21,329 nucleotides of DNA from Armatimonadota bacterium. Its GTDB lineage: Bacteria; Armatimonadota; Hebobacteria; CAIYQO01. Positions 8,896 through 18,471 of this stretch are shown one piece after another (position 1 is the stretch's first letter; every line of letters starts with the position of its first letter). A model generated the notes under the pieces. That model worked only from the letters and a program-made list of their open reading frames with translations. It was not told the origin of the DNA and made no database searches. The stretch is from contig JBBRXO010000048.1 in the NCBI GenBank assembly GCA_038248345.1, positions 1 to 21,329 of the forward strand. The letters run 5' to 3'. Both the position numbers and the translations under genes were made by a program.

Positions 8896-8925
8896 TTGCA
8901 CCAATAATCACATATACGTTATAAT
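8896..8925 (+). promoter_or_regulatory. Putative sigma70 promoter of the methyltransferase gene
   Basis: TTGCAC-18 nt-TATAAT. Confidence 0.55.
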
Positions 8926-8968
8926 AGAAAGGTTTGCGCATAATGTAGGCTACTGTTGAGGTGTATGA

Positions 8969-9730
8969 GTGCAACCGCTTGAGGAGACACTGGCAGCTTG
9001 GGTGCCGGATTATTTCGGTGACGAGTATCTGCAGCTATATCAGTTCCCGGCGGAGCGGACTGAGCCGGAGGTAGCATTTCTGTCGGCAGAGCTACGGCAA
9101 CGGGTGGCAGCGGATGCCCGATTACTGGATGTCGCGTGTGGACAGGGACGGCACGCAGTGGGGCTGGCGACGGCTGGTTTCCGCGTTACGGGGCTGGATT
9201 TTCAGCAGAATCTGCTGGATGCCGCCGCACAAAGCGCGAGCGAGCACGGAGTGGAAGTGACGCTGGTACGCGGCGATATGCGCGATTTGCCCTTCACGGG
9301 TGAATTTGATGCAGTGACGCTGATGTTCACGGCGTTTGGCTATTTTGATGATGCGGAGAATGCCCGCGTGCTGCAGGAGACGGCGAAGGCGCTGAAACCG
9401 GGTGGCTGGTTGATAGTGGATGTCGCCAATCGGGATGCATTGCTACGCAAGGCGCAGGAGAAAAGCTGGAAGCGCCTGCCCGACGGAATGGTAGTGGTGA
9501 GCGAATGGCAGTGGGACGTACGCGCCGGGCGCTACACGCACACACAGTTGCTCCTCGCCGAGACGGGGCGGCGGCAATTGCAACATTCGGTACGGGTGTA
9601 TACCTGCACTGAATTAGAGACGATGTTGATAACGGCTGGCTTCAGGGTGGATGCCCTGCATGGCGGCTTTAATGGCGAGGCGCTCACGTTGGATGCGCCA
9701 CGCTTAATAATTATCGCGCAGAAGGCGTGA
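8969..9730 (+). CDS. Class I SAM-dependent methyltransferase
   Basis: Motif I LLDVACGQGRH, VTGLD, GDMRDLPF..FDAV, LKPGG. Confidence 0.9.
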   Translation: MQPLEETLAAWVPDYFGDEYLQLYQFPAERTEPEVAFLSAELRQRVAADARLLDVACGQGRHAVGLATAGFRVTGLDFQQNLLDAAAQSASEHGVEVTLVRGDMRDLPFTGEFDAVTLMFTAFGYFDDAENARVLQETAKALKPGGWLIVDVANRDALLRKAQEKSWKRLPDGMVVVSEWQWDVRAGRYTHTQLLLAETGRRQLQHSVRVYTCTELETMLITAGFRVDALHGGFNGEALTLDAPRLIIIAQKA

Positions 9731-9857
9731 TTTAACATGCAGGTAATATTGGCCTGTAATAATAGACATAAGTATCAGCGCAGGAAATGAGAGCGGTGAT
9801 ACTTTTGCCGTGTTTAGCGTATTTGACCGGATTTTCGGATAAAAAAAGGAGTAAACC

Positions 9858-10892
9858 GTGCCATTAGTATCAAGTAAAGAAGTGCTGTTGAAAGCTTGCG
9901 CAGAGGGCTATGCCGTCGGCGCTTTCAACCTGAACAACATGGAGATGGCGCAAGCCATCGTCCAGGCTGCTGAAGAAGAGAAATCTCCGGTAGTCATCCA
10001 GGCCAGCCAGGGCGCTATTAAGTATGCCGGGCTGGAGATGATCACGGCGATGGCCCGGGTGCTGGGCGACAATGCCAGCGTCCCGGTGGTTCTCCACCTC
10101 GACCACGGCACCGACTATGTGCAGAATGTACAATGCCTGCGCGCCGGTTTCACTTCGCTTATGTTCGACGGCCACTCGCTGCCGTTGGAAGAGAACATTG
10201 CGATGACTCGCAAAATTGTTGAGATGGCTCACTCGGTGAATCTGCCGGTAGAGGCCGAAATCGGCTCCGTGTTGACCATCGAACAGTTGCTCTCCGATGC
10301 CGAAATGGCCGAGATTCGCGCCATGGAAATCCCCAAACAGATGGAAGTGCTGCGCAAGAAGATCGGGCCGCGCGTCGAAGACAGCATCGCCACCCCGGAG
10401 ATCGCCAAGAGATTCGTCGATGAAACCGGCCTGGACTTCCTCGCCGCCGCCGTCGGCTCCGTGCATGGCCTCTGGCTGGACATCTGGCCACTGCGCATCG
10501 ACCGCCTGAAAGAGATCTACGAAGCGGTACAGATTCCGTTGGTCGGCCATGGTACCTCCGGCGTGTTGATGACGCTGGAACAGGCACACGAGAACGGCTT
10601 TGATCTGGCGCCGGGCGAAGGCACACTGCAGGACGCCTTCAAATATGGCTACACCAAAATCAACATCGCCACCTCGCTGGGTATGGAGTTCAACAGGGCA
10701 ATGATTGCCGCCGCCGCAGCACGCCCCGGCGAGAAAGACCCACGCAAACTGCTGGGCCCAGGCCGCGATGCCATCAAGGAAAAAGTGAAGATGTACTTAC
10801 GCTTCATGGGTTCCTCCGGCAAAGCCGCTTCAGTGGCTCCGAAATGCGCTGGCTCCATGGGTGGCGGTGAAGTCGCCCGCGGCGAAGAGTAA
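9858..10892 (+). CDS. fba: Class II fructose-1,6-bisphosphate aldolase
   Basis: YAVGAFN, LHLDHG, SLMFDG, VEAEIG, GSVHG, GHGTSG, KINIAT, DPRK; AAGGAG RBS; adjacent to pfkA. Confidence 0.9.
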   Translation: MPLVSSKEVLLKACAEGYAVGAFNLNNMEMAQAIVQAAEEEKSPVVIQASQGAIKYAGLEMITAMARVLGDNASVPVVLHLDHGTDYVQNVQCLRAGFTSLMFDGHSLPLEENIAMTRKIVEMAHSVNLPVEAEIGSVLTIEQLLSDAEMAEIRAMEIPKQMEVLRKKIGPRVEDSIATPEIAKRFVDETGLDFLAAAVGSVHGLWLDIWPLRIDRLKEIYEAVQIPLVGHGTSGVLMTLEQAHENGFDLAPGEGTLQDAFKYGYTKINIATSLGMEFNRAMIAAAAARPGEKDPRKLLGPGRDAIKEKVKMYLRFMGSSGKAASVAPKCAGSMGGGEVARGEE

Positions 10893-10899
10893 TTAACTC

Positions 10900-10922
10900 C
10901 GGGGGTGGGATTTTCCACCCCC
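10900..10922 (+). terminator. GC-rich hairpin between fba and pfkA (possible terminator or processing stem)
   Basis: ggggtgg-gatttt-ccacccc directly after the fba stop; U-tract is weak. Confidence 0.4.
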
Positions 10923-10946
10923 TTCAACTGGATTGGTGCAGTATAA

Positions 10947-11909
10947 ATGAAACGCATTGGTGTTTTAACAAGTGGCGGAGATTCTCCCGGCATGAATGCC
11001 GCAATTCGCGCGGTAGTACGTACGGGGATTAACCAGGGTGTCGAGGTAATCGGCGTTCGGCACGGCTATCAAGGATTAGTAGATGGCGACTTCCGCGTCA
11101 TGGATGCCAGCTCTGTATCTGGTATCATCAATCTCGGCGGCACCATATTGCAAAGCGCACGCAGTGAGTGTTTTCGCACCGAGGAAGGCTTCACCCAGGC
11201 GGTAACTACGCTTAACGAAGCTGGTATCGAAGGATTGATTATCATCGGCGGCAATGGCTCACAAACAGGCAGTTTAGAACTGCACAAAAAAGCCAATTTC
11301 CCGGTGATGGGCGTGGCCAGTACCATCGATAACGACCTGTTCGGCTGCGACTATACCATCGGCTTCGACACCGCAGTGAACACCGCGTTGGAGAGTGTCG
11401 ATCGGCTTCGCGATACAGCAACCTCGCACGACCGCATCTTCATCATCGAGGTGATGGGACGCAAGCGTGGTTTCGTCGCTTTACATGTAGGTATCGCTGG
11501 CGGCGCCGAAGTGGTGCTGTTGCCGGAGATCCCCTGGAAGATCGAGCAGATTGTTGATACCATCAACTCCGGTTACAAACGCGGCAAGAAATCTTTCCTC
11601 ATCGTCGTCGCCGAAGGCGCGGCGGGGGGGATAGAGCTGGCGAAACAAGTGGAAGAGAAAACTGGTTACGATACCCGCGCCACTATCCTGGGACACGTAC
11701 AGCGGGGTGGACGCCCCACGGCCGCAGATCGCGTCCTTGCCAGTCAGCTCGGTTCGTATGCTGTGAAATTTATGCTCGATGGCCAGCGTGGAATGCTGGT
11801 GGGAGAGCAGGATTATCGCATAACCACCACACCTCTCGAGGAAGTGTATGGGAATGATAAACCCCTGGATCCAGAACAGATCGCTCTGGTCAATGTCCTG
11901 GGGGCATAG
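10947..11909 (+). CDS. pfkA: 6-phosphofructokinase, probably ATP-dependent
   Basis: TSGGDSPGMNAAIR, GGNGS, ASTIDND, IEVMGR, LGHVQRGG. Confidence 0.95.
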   Translation: MKRIGVLTSGGDSPGMNAAIRAVVRTGINQGVEVIGVRHGYQGLVDGDFRVMDASSVSGIINLGGTILQSARSECFRTEEGFTQAVTTLNEAGIEGLIIIGGNGSQTGSLELHKKANFPVMGVASTIDNDLFGCDYTIGFDTAVNTALESVDRLRDTATSHDRIFIIEVMGRKRGFVALHVGIAGGAEVVLLPEIPWKIEQIVDTINSGYKRGKKSFLIVVAEGAAGGIELAKQVEEKTGYDTRATILGHVQRGGRPTAADRVLASQLGSYAVKFMLDGQRGMLVGEQDYRITTTPLEEVYGNDKPLDPEQIALVNVLGA

Positions 11910-12059
11910 AAAAATAACTTGGGCGCGCGCGCGACCACGCCGAAGTTTTCCGTTAACCCGAGTGCATATGTGCTCACGGTCGCAGGCCAAGGGTCCGTAC
12001 CCTATTAACACCGGCAGACGAGGGTCTGTCTGGTTAAAATCTAGGAGGTAGTCAAAGTT

Positions 12060-14870
12060 ATGTTGCCATCATCGCAGATGAAAGCCGCCCCGCAACGGCG
12101 GAGCCGCAAGAGCCAGGTGCTAAAGACCTGGATCCTCGGCTTTATGGTCCTTGCCTTTGCCGGCATGATCACATTCGGTCCGCGCTTGTTCGCCCAATCG
12201 GGAAAACCAAGCGAGGGCAGCGCCACCAACTCCGCCACCACGGCAATGATGAGTAGCGCCACCCATACTATGCCTAATGGCGAAGTTATGGAAATGCCTA
12301 CCGCATCCGCCACCACTGCTTCTGCTGTTTCCAGCGCACCAGTAATGACCATTACCGAAGGTTCAGCCACAATGGCTGCACCAGAATCCGAAGCAAAGAC
12401 GGAAACCAAGCCTGCCGCTGGCGGCGAGGCCGTCACCCTGCCCTTCGGCGATGCTGCGTGGGGGCCACTATGGGTCGTGCTTATCGCTGCATTCATCGCA
12501 CTGCTCGCTGGCTATGTCTGGTTGAAAAAGACCATGGCTGTCGATCCGGGCAATGAGCGCATGCAGAGTGTAGCCGCTGCCGTACAGGAAGGCGCAATGG
12601 CCTACCTGTCACGCCAGGTGAAGACGATGATCCCACTGGTTATCGTTATCGCTGTCGGCCTCTACTTCCTCTACTATAATCAATACTCTGCCATCGCCCC
12701 GGACAAAGCCATCGTGCTGGCAATCGGCGTCGCCTTCGCCTTCATCCTCGGTGTAACCGCCTCCTATCTGGCCGGTTATGTGGGAATGGGCGTTGCCGTT
12801 CGCGCTAACGTCCGCGTCGCTGCCGCCGCGCTCTCCAGCTTCAAAGTCGCGCTGGAAACCGCCTTCCAGGCAGGCGCAGTATCCGGTATGTTCACCGTGG
12901 GCCTCGGCCTGCTCGGCGCTACCATCACCTTCATGATCTTCAAGTCTGACGCCATGTTCGTTCTCGTAGGCTTCGGCTTCGGTGGTTCTCTCGCCGCGTT
13001 GTTCATGCGCGTAGGCGGCGGTATCTTCACCAAAGCTGCTGACGTGGGCGCTGACCTGGTGGGTAAAGTTGAAGCCGGTATCCCGGAAGATGACCCGCGC
13101 AACGCCGCCACCATCGCCGACAATGTGGGCGACAACGTGGGCGACTGCGCCGGTATGGCCGCAGACGTGTTTGAATCCTACGAAGTAACCCTGGTGGCCG
13201 CCATCATCCTGGCCGCCGCCGTCGGTAAGACGCTGGAACGCTACGGCTTCGGTGGTCTGACCGTTGATGGTTCCTTCACCTATATGTTCACCTTGAAATT
13301 AGTCATCTTCGCGCTGCTCGCTCGCGCGGTAGGCGTTATCGCCTCCATCGTCGGCGTTATGGCCGTGAAGGGCAAAGACGATCCGAACATGAACCCAATG
13401 ACCCCGATCAACACCGGTTTCCTGGTATCCGCTGTTATCGCTTCCATCGGCTTCTTCATGGTAGGTTACTATGTCTTCGGTATGGTGAACTTCGCTGATG
13501 CTCAAGTGATCGCTGTTACTGGCGATGCACTAATCGGTCAGAAAACATTCCTGACCATCGGCACTAACTTCTGGTGGCTCGCTTCACTGGCAACCTTCAT
13601 CGGTATCGTACTGGCACAGGTCATCGGTAAACTGACCGAGTACTTCACCGCTGAAGACAAAAAGCCGGTAACCGAGATCGCTGCATCCGCGAAGACTGGC
13701 CCCGCAACGCTGATTCTCGCCGGCCTTTCCGAAGGTCTGGAATCCGCCGTATGGGCAATCGTCGCTATCGCCGCAACCCTGTATGCTGCAATCGCCCTCT
13801 TCAGCGATCCTGCACTGGTAGCCTACGCTATCGCGCTGGTCGGCCTGGGTCTGCTCTCCACCACCGGCTACGTGCTGGCCATGGACACCTACGGGCCTAT
13901 CTCCGACAACGCTAACGGCATCTTCGAGATGTCCGGCGCGCTGATCAAAGCAGACGGCACAGAAAACAAAGCGGCGCACAACATCGTCGCCCGCCTCGAC
14001 ATGGTAGGTAACACCACTAAGGCGCTGACGAAAGGCTTCGCTATTGCGACAGCCGTTATCGCCGCTGTGGCGTTGTATCGTTCCTTCCTCGACACCGTCG
14101 CCGGTGCCCAGGTAGCCAAGGGTATCATCGACATCACCTCCGGTGAAGCGCAGATCCTGGTGAAGAACATTCAGGTCAACCAGCCTGACGTCTTCATCGG
14201 CCTGCTCATCGGTGGCGCAATTCCCTTCCTCTTCTCCAGTTTCGCCATCCGCGCAGTAACTCGCGCCGCGGTACAGCTGGTAGAAGAAGTTCGCCATCAG
14301 TTCAAAACCATCCCGGGCATCTGGGAATACAAGGGTGTTGGCGAATACGGCAAGCCTGACTATGCCAAGTGCGTAGCCATCAGCACCGCCGCTGCACAGA
14401 AGGAACTGCTGGGCCCCGGCCTGCTGGCCATCTTCAGCCCCATCCTCGTCGGCTTCTGGCTCGGCGCTTATGCACTGGGTGGCTTCCTCGCGGGCGCCAT
14501 CCTCGTCGGTCAGCTCATGGCTGTGTTCATGAGTAACACCGGCGGCGCCTGGGACAATGCCAAGAAGAAAATCGAAGACGGTTTCCTCGGCGGCAAAGGC
14601 TCCGAAGCACATAAAGCTGGCGTTATCGGCGACACCGTCGGCGATCCGCTGAAAGACACCGCTGGCCCGGCGCTGAACCCGATGATCAAAGTGATGAACC
14701 TGGTTGCAATTCTGATCGCTCCGGCGACAGTAATGACCCAGGGCACCTCCACCGCGCTCATCGTCAGCATCGTCTCCATCATCATCCTCGCCGGAGCAGT
14801 AATGTTCTCCAAGCGTGGTGGTGTAGATATCTCCGACAATACCAGTGGAACAGTGCAGCGCAAAGGCTAA
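12060..14870 (+). CDS. hppA: Membrane-bound ion-translocating pyrophosphatase (K+-independent H+-PPase signature) with an N-terminal extension
   Basis: GGIFTKAADVGADLVGKVE, DNVGDNVGD, DTYGPISDNA, GNTTKA, GGAWDNAKK, GDTVGDPLKDTAGP; AGGAGG RBS. Confidence 0.96.
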   Translation: MLPSSQMKAAPQRRSRKSQVLKTWILGFMVLAFAGMITFGPRLFAQSGKPSEGSATNSATTAMMSSATHTMPNGEVMEMPTASATTASAVSSAPVMTITEGSATMAAPESEAKTETKPAAGGEAVTLPFGDAAWGPLWVVLIAAFIALLAGYVWLKKTMAVDPGNERMQSVAAAVQEGAMAYLSRQVKTMIPLVIVIAVGLYFLYYNQYSAIAPDKAIVLAIGVAFAFILGVTASYLAGYVGMGVAVRANVRVAAAALSSFKVALETAFQAGAVSGMFTVGLGLLGATITFMIFKSDAMFVLVGFGFGGSLAALFMRVGGGIFTKAADVGADLVGKVEAGIPEDDPRNAATIADNVGDNVGDCAGMAADVFESYEVTLVAAIILAAAVGKTLERYGFGGLTVDGSFTYMFTLKLVIFALLARAVGVIASIVGVMAVKGKDDPNMNPMTPINTGFLVSAVIASIGFFMVGYYVFGMVNFADAQVIAVTGDALIGQKTFLTIGTNFWWLASLATFIGIVLAQVIGKLTEYFTAEDKKPVTEIAASAKTGPATLILAGLSEGLESAVWAIVAIAATLYAAIALFSDPALVAYAIALVGLGLLSTTGYVLAMDTYGPISDNANGIFEMSGALIKADGTENKAAHNIVARLDMVGNTTKALTKGFAIATAVIAAVALYRSFLDTVAGAQVAKGIIDITSGEAQILVKNIQVNQPDVFIGLLIGGAIPFLFSSFAIRAVTRAAVQLVEEVRHQFKTIPGIWEYKGVGEYGKPDYAKCVAISTAAAQKELLGPGLLAIFSPILVGFWLGAYALGGFLAGAILVGQLMAVFMSNTGGAWDNAKKKIEDGFLGGKGSEAHKAGVIGDTVGDPLKDTAGPALNPMIKVMNLVAILIAPATVMTQGTSTALIVSIVSIIILAGAVMFSKRGGVDISDNTSGTVQRKG

Positions 14871-14889
14871 TCGCCCTTGCTGACTGACA

Positions 14890-14931
14890 AAATAGTTCAT
14901 GCCCGGCGGAAACGTCGGGCATGTTCTATTT
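14890..14931 (+). terminator. Intrinsic terminator-like hairpin after hppA
   Basis: catgcccggcg-GAAA-cgtcgggcatg followed by ttctattt. Confidence 0.65.
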
Positions 14932-14960
14932 GGTTTCCATCCTTTTGCCCGCTATCCACC

Positions 14961-14990
14961 TTGCATTACCCGCCTGATTAAGTATACAAT
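14961..14990 (+). promoter_or_regulatory. Putative sigma70 promoter of the oxidoreductase-aminotransferase pair
   Basis: TTGCAT-18 nt-TACAAT. Confidence 0.5.
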
Positions 14991-15073
14991 AGCAGGTAAC
15001 AACGGTTAATTTACGTAGGTTTTGAGCGACATTGCTATCTTTAAGTAATGTGCGGTTCGAGGAGGCTGTAGGC

Positions 15074-16042
15074 ATGTCGCTGCTATCTCCCATACGAGTG
15101 GGGATTGTAGGCACCGGAATTATGGGAGGGTACCACACACGTGTAGCTTCCATGAGTGACAGGTGTCAGTTAGTCGGCATCTTTGACGCCGATGCTGCGC
15201 GTACAGAAAAGACCGCCACGCAATATGGTATCACCGCTTTTGCCGAACTGGCCGCATTATGCGCCGCTGTCGACGTCGTGGTGGTTGCCACCCCCACAGT
15301 AACACACGCCCCGGTAGCACACCAGTGTCTGGAAGCTGGTTGCCATGTACTGCTGGAGAAACCCATAGCCGTCACCGTTGCCGAAGGTGAACTGCTGGTA
15401 GCGGCGGCAAAAAATCATGGGCGGGTCTTGATGGTCGGTCTCTCGGAACGTTTCAACCCAGCCACCCAGGTGCTTTTGTCCCAGGTAAATTCCGCGGATA
15501 TCTTCGCCCTTGACCTGCAACGCTGCGCCCCGACACCGGGACGCGACCAGTCCGCTGATGTGATCTTCGACTTGATGATCCACGACCTGGATCTAGTGCT
15601 GGCCTTCACCCAATCACAAGTGACAGCTGTGCAAGCGACCGGGCATCACGCCAAAGGCGAGTTGATCGACCATGCGGTCGCCGTGCTGCGCTTCGCCAAC
15701 GGCGCTACTGCCACCATCACCTGCAGCAACGTTAGCCCGCAACGTAAACGCTGTGCCAGCCTGCTCACACGCGGCCCGCAATATACCGTCGATTTTGGTA
15801 CCCGCAAGATTGACCGGCATAGTTACGGCAAATTACTGACCGGGGCCGATGGGCAACCGCTGATGGGCACCCTGGTAGAATCGGTAGAAGTGCCCGAAGG
15901 TGACGCGCTGACCCAGCAATTACATTTTTTCCTAGCCGCCACCCAGCAAAAACCGCTCCCGCTGAATCTCGCTGATTCGGGCCTGGAGGCGTTACGGCTG
16001 GTGCAGACTATACATGACCTGATAACCGAACAATTGACATAG
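15074..16042 (+). CDS. Gfo/Idh/MocA family NAD-dependent oxidoreductase
   Basis: GIVGTGIMG Rossmann motif, LLEKP, ERFNP, DLMIHDLD; ATG 15074 after GAGGAGG. Confidence 0.9.
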   Translation: MSLLSPIRVGIVGTGIMGGYHTRVASMSDRCQLVGIFDADAARTEKTATQYGITAFAELAALCAAVDVVVVATPTVTHAPVAHQCLEAGCHVLLEKPIAVTVAEGELLVAAAKNHGRVLMVGLSERFNPATQVLLSQVNSADIFALDLQRCAPTPGRDQSADVIFDLMIHDLDLVLAFTQSQVTAVQATGHHAKGELIDHAVAVLRFANGATATITCSNVSPQRKRCASLLTRGPQYTVDFGTRKIDRHSYGKLLTGADGQPLMGTLVESVEVPEGDALTQQLHFFLAATQQKPLPLNLADSGLEALRLVQTIHDLITEQLT

Positions 16043-16088
16043 CAGCCCGGTCGTCCATATAAGGCGGCCATTCTGAGGAGAAAAGCTA

Positions 16089-17183
16089 GTGATATCGATC
16101 GCCAAGCCGTACATCGGCGCTGAAGAAAATGCCGCAGTTAATGAGGTGCTCACCTCTGGCCAACTCGCCAGCGGTCCCCGCGTGCACGAATTTGAGCGTG
16201 CCTTCGCGACTTATTGCCATTCTGCGCGCGCCGAGGCGTGCTCCAATGGCACCGCCGCGTTGTGCGTGAGCATGATGTCACTGGGTCTGCCCCATGGCAG
16301 CAAGGTACTCACCACGCCATTCTCTTTCATCGCCACGGCCAATGCTATACTTTACGCTGAGTGCATTCCGGTATTCATCGACATTGACCCGCAGACCTTC
16401 AACCTCAGCGCAGCCGCCGTGCGTGCCGCCTTCGAGGCCGACCCGGATATCCGCGCCGTCATCCCCGTACATCTCTATGGCCAGGCGGTGGAGATCAAGG
16501 AGATCACCGAGATCGCCCACTCCTACGGCGCAATTGTCATCGAGGACGCCGCCCAAGCGCATGGAGCCGAGGAGAACGGCGTGCCGGTGGGTGCTATCGG
16601 CGACCTGGGCATCTTCAGCTTCTACCCGACGAAAAACATGATGACCGGCGAAGGCGGAATCATCACCGGCAGCAATGACGAGCTACTAGAGAAGTGCCGG
16701 CTGATTATCGATCAGGGTGCAGCCGTGCGCTACTGCCACACCACACTGGGCTTCAACTATCGCATGACGAGCATCGCCGCCGCCATTGGCCTGGTGCAGC
16801 TGCAACGCCTGCCCGCCTGGAACGACCTGCGCCGCCGCAACGCCAAAATGCTGAGCGAGGGTCTGGCCGATCTGACGTGGCTGACGATACCCTACGAGCG
16901 CCCCGGCTGCACCCACGTATTCCATCAGTATGTCCTGAAAGTACCAGAGCGCGACCGCTTGCAACAGCACCTGCTGGAGCACGGCGTCGGCTCCGCCGTC
17001 CACTACCCGCGCACCATCACCGATCAGCCACTCTACCATGAAATGGGCTTCAGTAGCGAAAGCACACCAATAGCCCGCGAGATGGCGCAGAAGGTGCTCT
17101 CTCTCCCCGTGCATCCGGCATTGAGCGAAGAGGATGTGCAGGCAGTGATCGCTGCCGTGCGGTCGTTTGTACCGGCGGGGTAG
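16089..17183 (+). CDS. DegT/DnrJ/EryC1/StrS PLP-dependent sugar aminotransferase
   Basis: SNGTAAL, TPFSFIAT, PVHLYG, EDAAQAHG, SFYPTKNM (PLP lysine), GFNYRM, LSLP. Confidence 0.95.
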   Translation: MISIAKPYIGAEENAAVNEVLTSGQLASGPRVHEFERAFATYCHSARAEACSNGTAALCVSMMSLGLPHGSKVLTTPFSFIATANAILYAECIPVFIDIDPQTFNLSAAAVRAAFEADPDIRAVIPVHLYGQAVEIKEITEIAHSYGAIVIEDAAQAHGAEENGVPVGAIGDLGIFSFYPTKNMMTGEGGIITGSNDELLEKCRLIIDQGAAVRYCHTTLGFNYRMTSIAAAIGLVQLQRLPAWNDLRRRNAKMLSEGLADLTWLTIPYERPGCTHVFHQYVLKVPERDRLQQHLLEHGVGSAVHYPRTITDQPLYHEMGFSSESTPIAREMAQKVLSLPVHPALSEEDVQAVIAAVRSFVPAG

Positions 17184-17204
17184 GTTGTGTGGTAAGCACA
17201 ACCT

Positions 17205-17223
17205 CTGGAAACGCAGGCGTCCC
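17205..17223. repeat. Truncated REP arm of the 20861-20957 family
   Basis: ctggaaacgcaggcgtccc vs ctgggaacgcaggcgtccc (20862-20880): 18/19 identical. Confidence 0.65.
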
Positions 17224-17289
17224 TGTAGCCCGCGCCCGCCGTGGCGCGTATTTCCGCGACCATTTGAAATGTCGTAGCGCGTATTACGA

Positions 17290-18471
17290 TCACATACGCG
17301 CTCGCAGCTCCTCCGCCACCCGCACGTCCGCGGCGTCATCCAGCTCCAAGCCGCAGACTTCACGCAGCACAGACTCCAGTCCCTGCGGGAGGATTTCGTT
17401 GATCAATTTCTCGTCCATGGGGGCGAGGTGGCCGTCCTCATCGGTAGCGCGGAATTTCAGCGCGGCAGCGAAGACCTGCGCGGTGGCCGGGCAGCTGAAG
17501 CCGTGGCGCGCACCGGCACGCAGGGCACCGATGATCCTGTCCCCGCGCGAGAGTTTGCGCGGCAGGTCGCGCCCGACGCGGAAGATGGTGTCCCCCAGTG
17601 CCTCATTGCCGAAGCGGCGCAGCAGGTCGGCGATGTGCGCGTCCAGCGCCTCCGGGGTGAACTCCTCCGGGTAGGCGGCCAGCAGCGTGCGGGCGGATTC
17701 CCGCATAGTAGCTTCCGCCGCCGCGCGTACCGTGGGCACATTCACCGCCTGCCAGATATATTTCATCGCCGGATCATGCAGGTAACCCAGGTAGGCTACC
17801 GCAGCGTGGCCGAGGTTGTGGATGAAAATTTTGCGGTCTACATAGGCGTCCATGTTCTGCTGCGGCGACAACCCCGGCACTGCCGGTATCGCCCCCTTGA
17901 AGGCTACGGCATCGAGGATGAGCGTGTTGTAGGCTTCGGCGAAGACCCATACCGGATCCTCGCGCCGGTGCTCAGCCGTCATGATGGGCACCATCTTGCC
18001 GATACTCGTCTCCACCAGCCCCACCATGGCATCCAGCGGGAAGTCCGCCGGCAGCAGCGCCGCCAGCCCGGCACGCACTATCTTTGGCGCGTGGCGCAGG
18101 TTCTCCGCCAGGATGATATTAAGCGGTTTCAGTCCGTGGCGCGCATAGCGTAATTGCAGCCCCTGGGCGATGGCGGGGTAGAGGTAGGGCAGCGCATTCG
18201 GCCCCACCGAGGTAGCGGCGATATCCGCCTCCGCCAGCGTCTCCGCCACCGCCGCCACATCCTTGCCGTTGACGGCGCGCACGTTTTCCACCCAGATCTC
18301 CCCCGGCGGGGTATCCTTGATGATCACGCGGTAGCGCCCGCGCGCGTTAAGCTCCCGCACCAGCTCATCCATCACATCGACGAAAACCACCTCATACCCG
18401 GCGGCCGAGAAGAGCTGCGCGACAAAAGAACGACCGATATTCCCGGCCCCGAATTGCATAATTGTTGGCAT
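17290..18471 (-). CDS. mtlD: Mannitol-1-phosphate 5-dehydrogenase family protein
   Basis: QFGAGNIGRSF, ATSVG, AEN, RKIFIHNLGH, RFGN..LGDTIFRVGRD..RKL. Confidence 0.85.
   Translation of the reverse strand: MPTIMQFGAGNIGRSFVAQLFSAAGYEVVFVDVMDELVRELNARGRYRVIIKDTPPGEIWVENVRAVNGKDVAAVAETLAEADIAATSVGPNALPYLYPAIAQGLQLRYARHGLKPLNIILAENLRHAPKIVRAGLAALLPADFPLDAMVGLVETSIGKMVPIMTAEHRREDPVWVFAEAYNTLILDAVAFKGAIPAVPGLSPQQNMDAYVDRKIFIHNLGHAAVAYLGYLHDPAMKYIWQAVNVPTVRAAAEATMRESARTLLAAYPEEFTPEALDAHIADLLRRFGNEALGDTIFRVGRDLPRKLSRGDRIIGALRAGARHGFSCPATAQVFAAALKFRATDEDGHLAPMDEKLINEILPQGLESVLREVCGLELDDAADVRVAEELRARM

Noticed and set aside
11910..12059. Fluoride, c-di-AMP or other known riboswitch before hppA
   Set aside because: No recognisable consensus; kept only as an unassigned structured leader.
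13584..14900. 438-aa minus-strand ORF and other long antisense ORFs (9870-10589, 17428-18153, 16686-17363)
   Set aside because: Shadows of well-supported genes with biased codon usage; no recognisable motifs.
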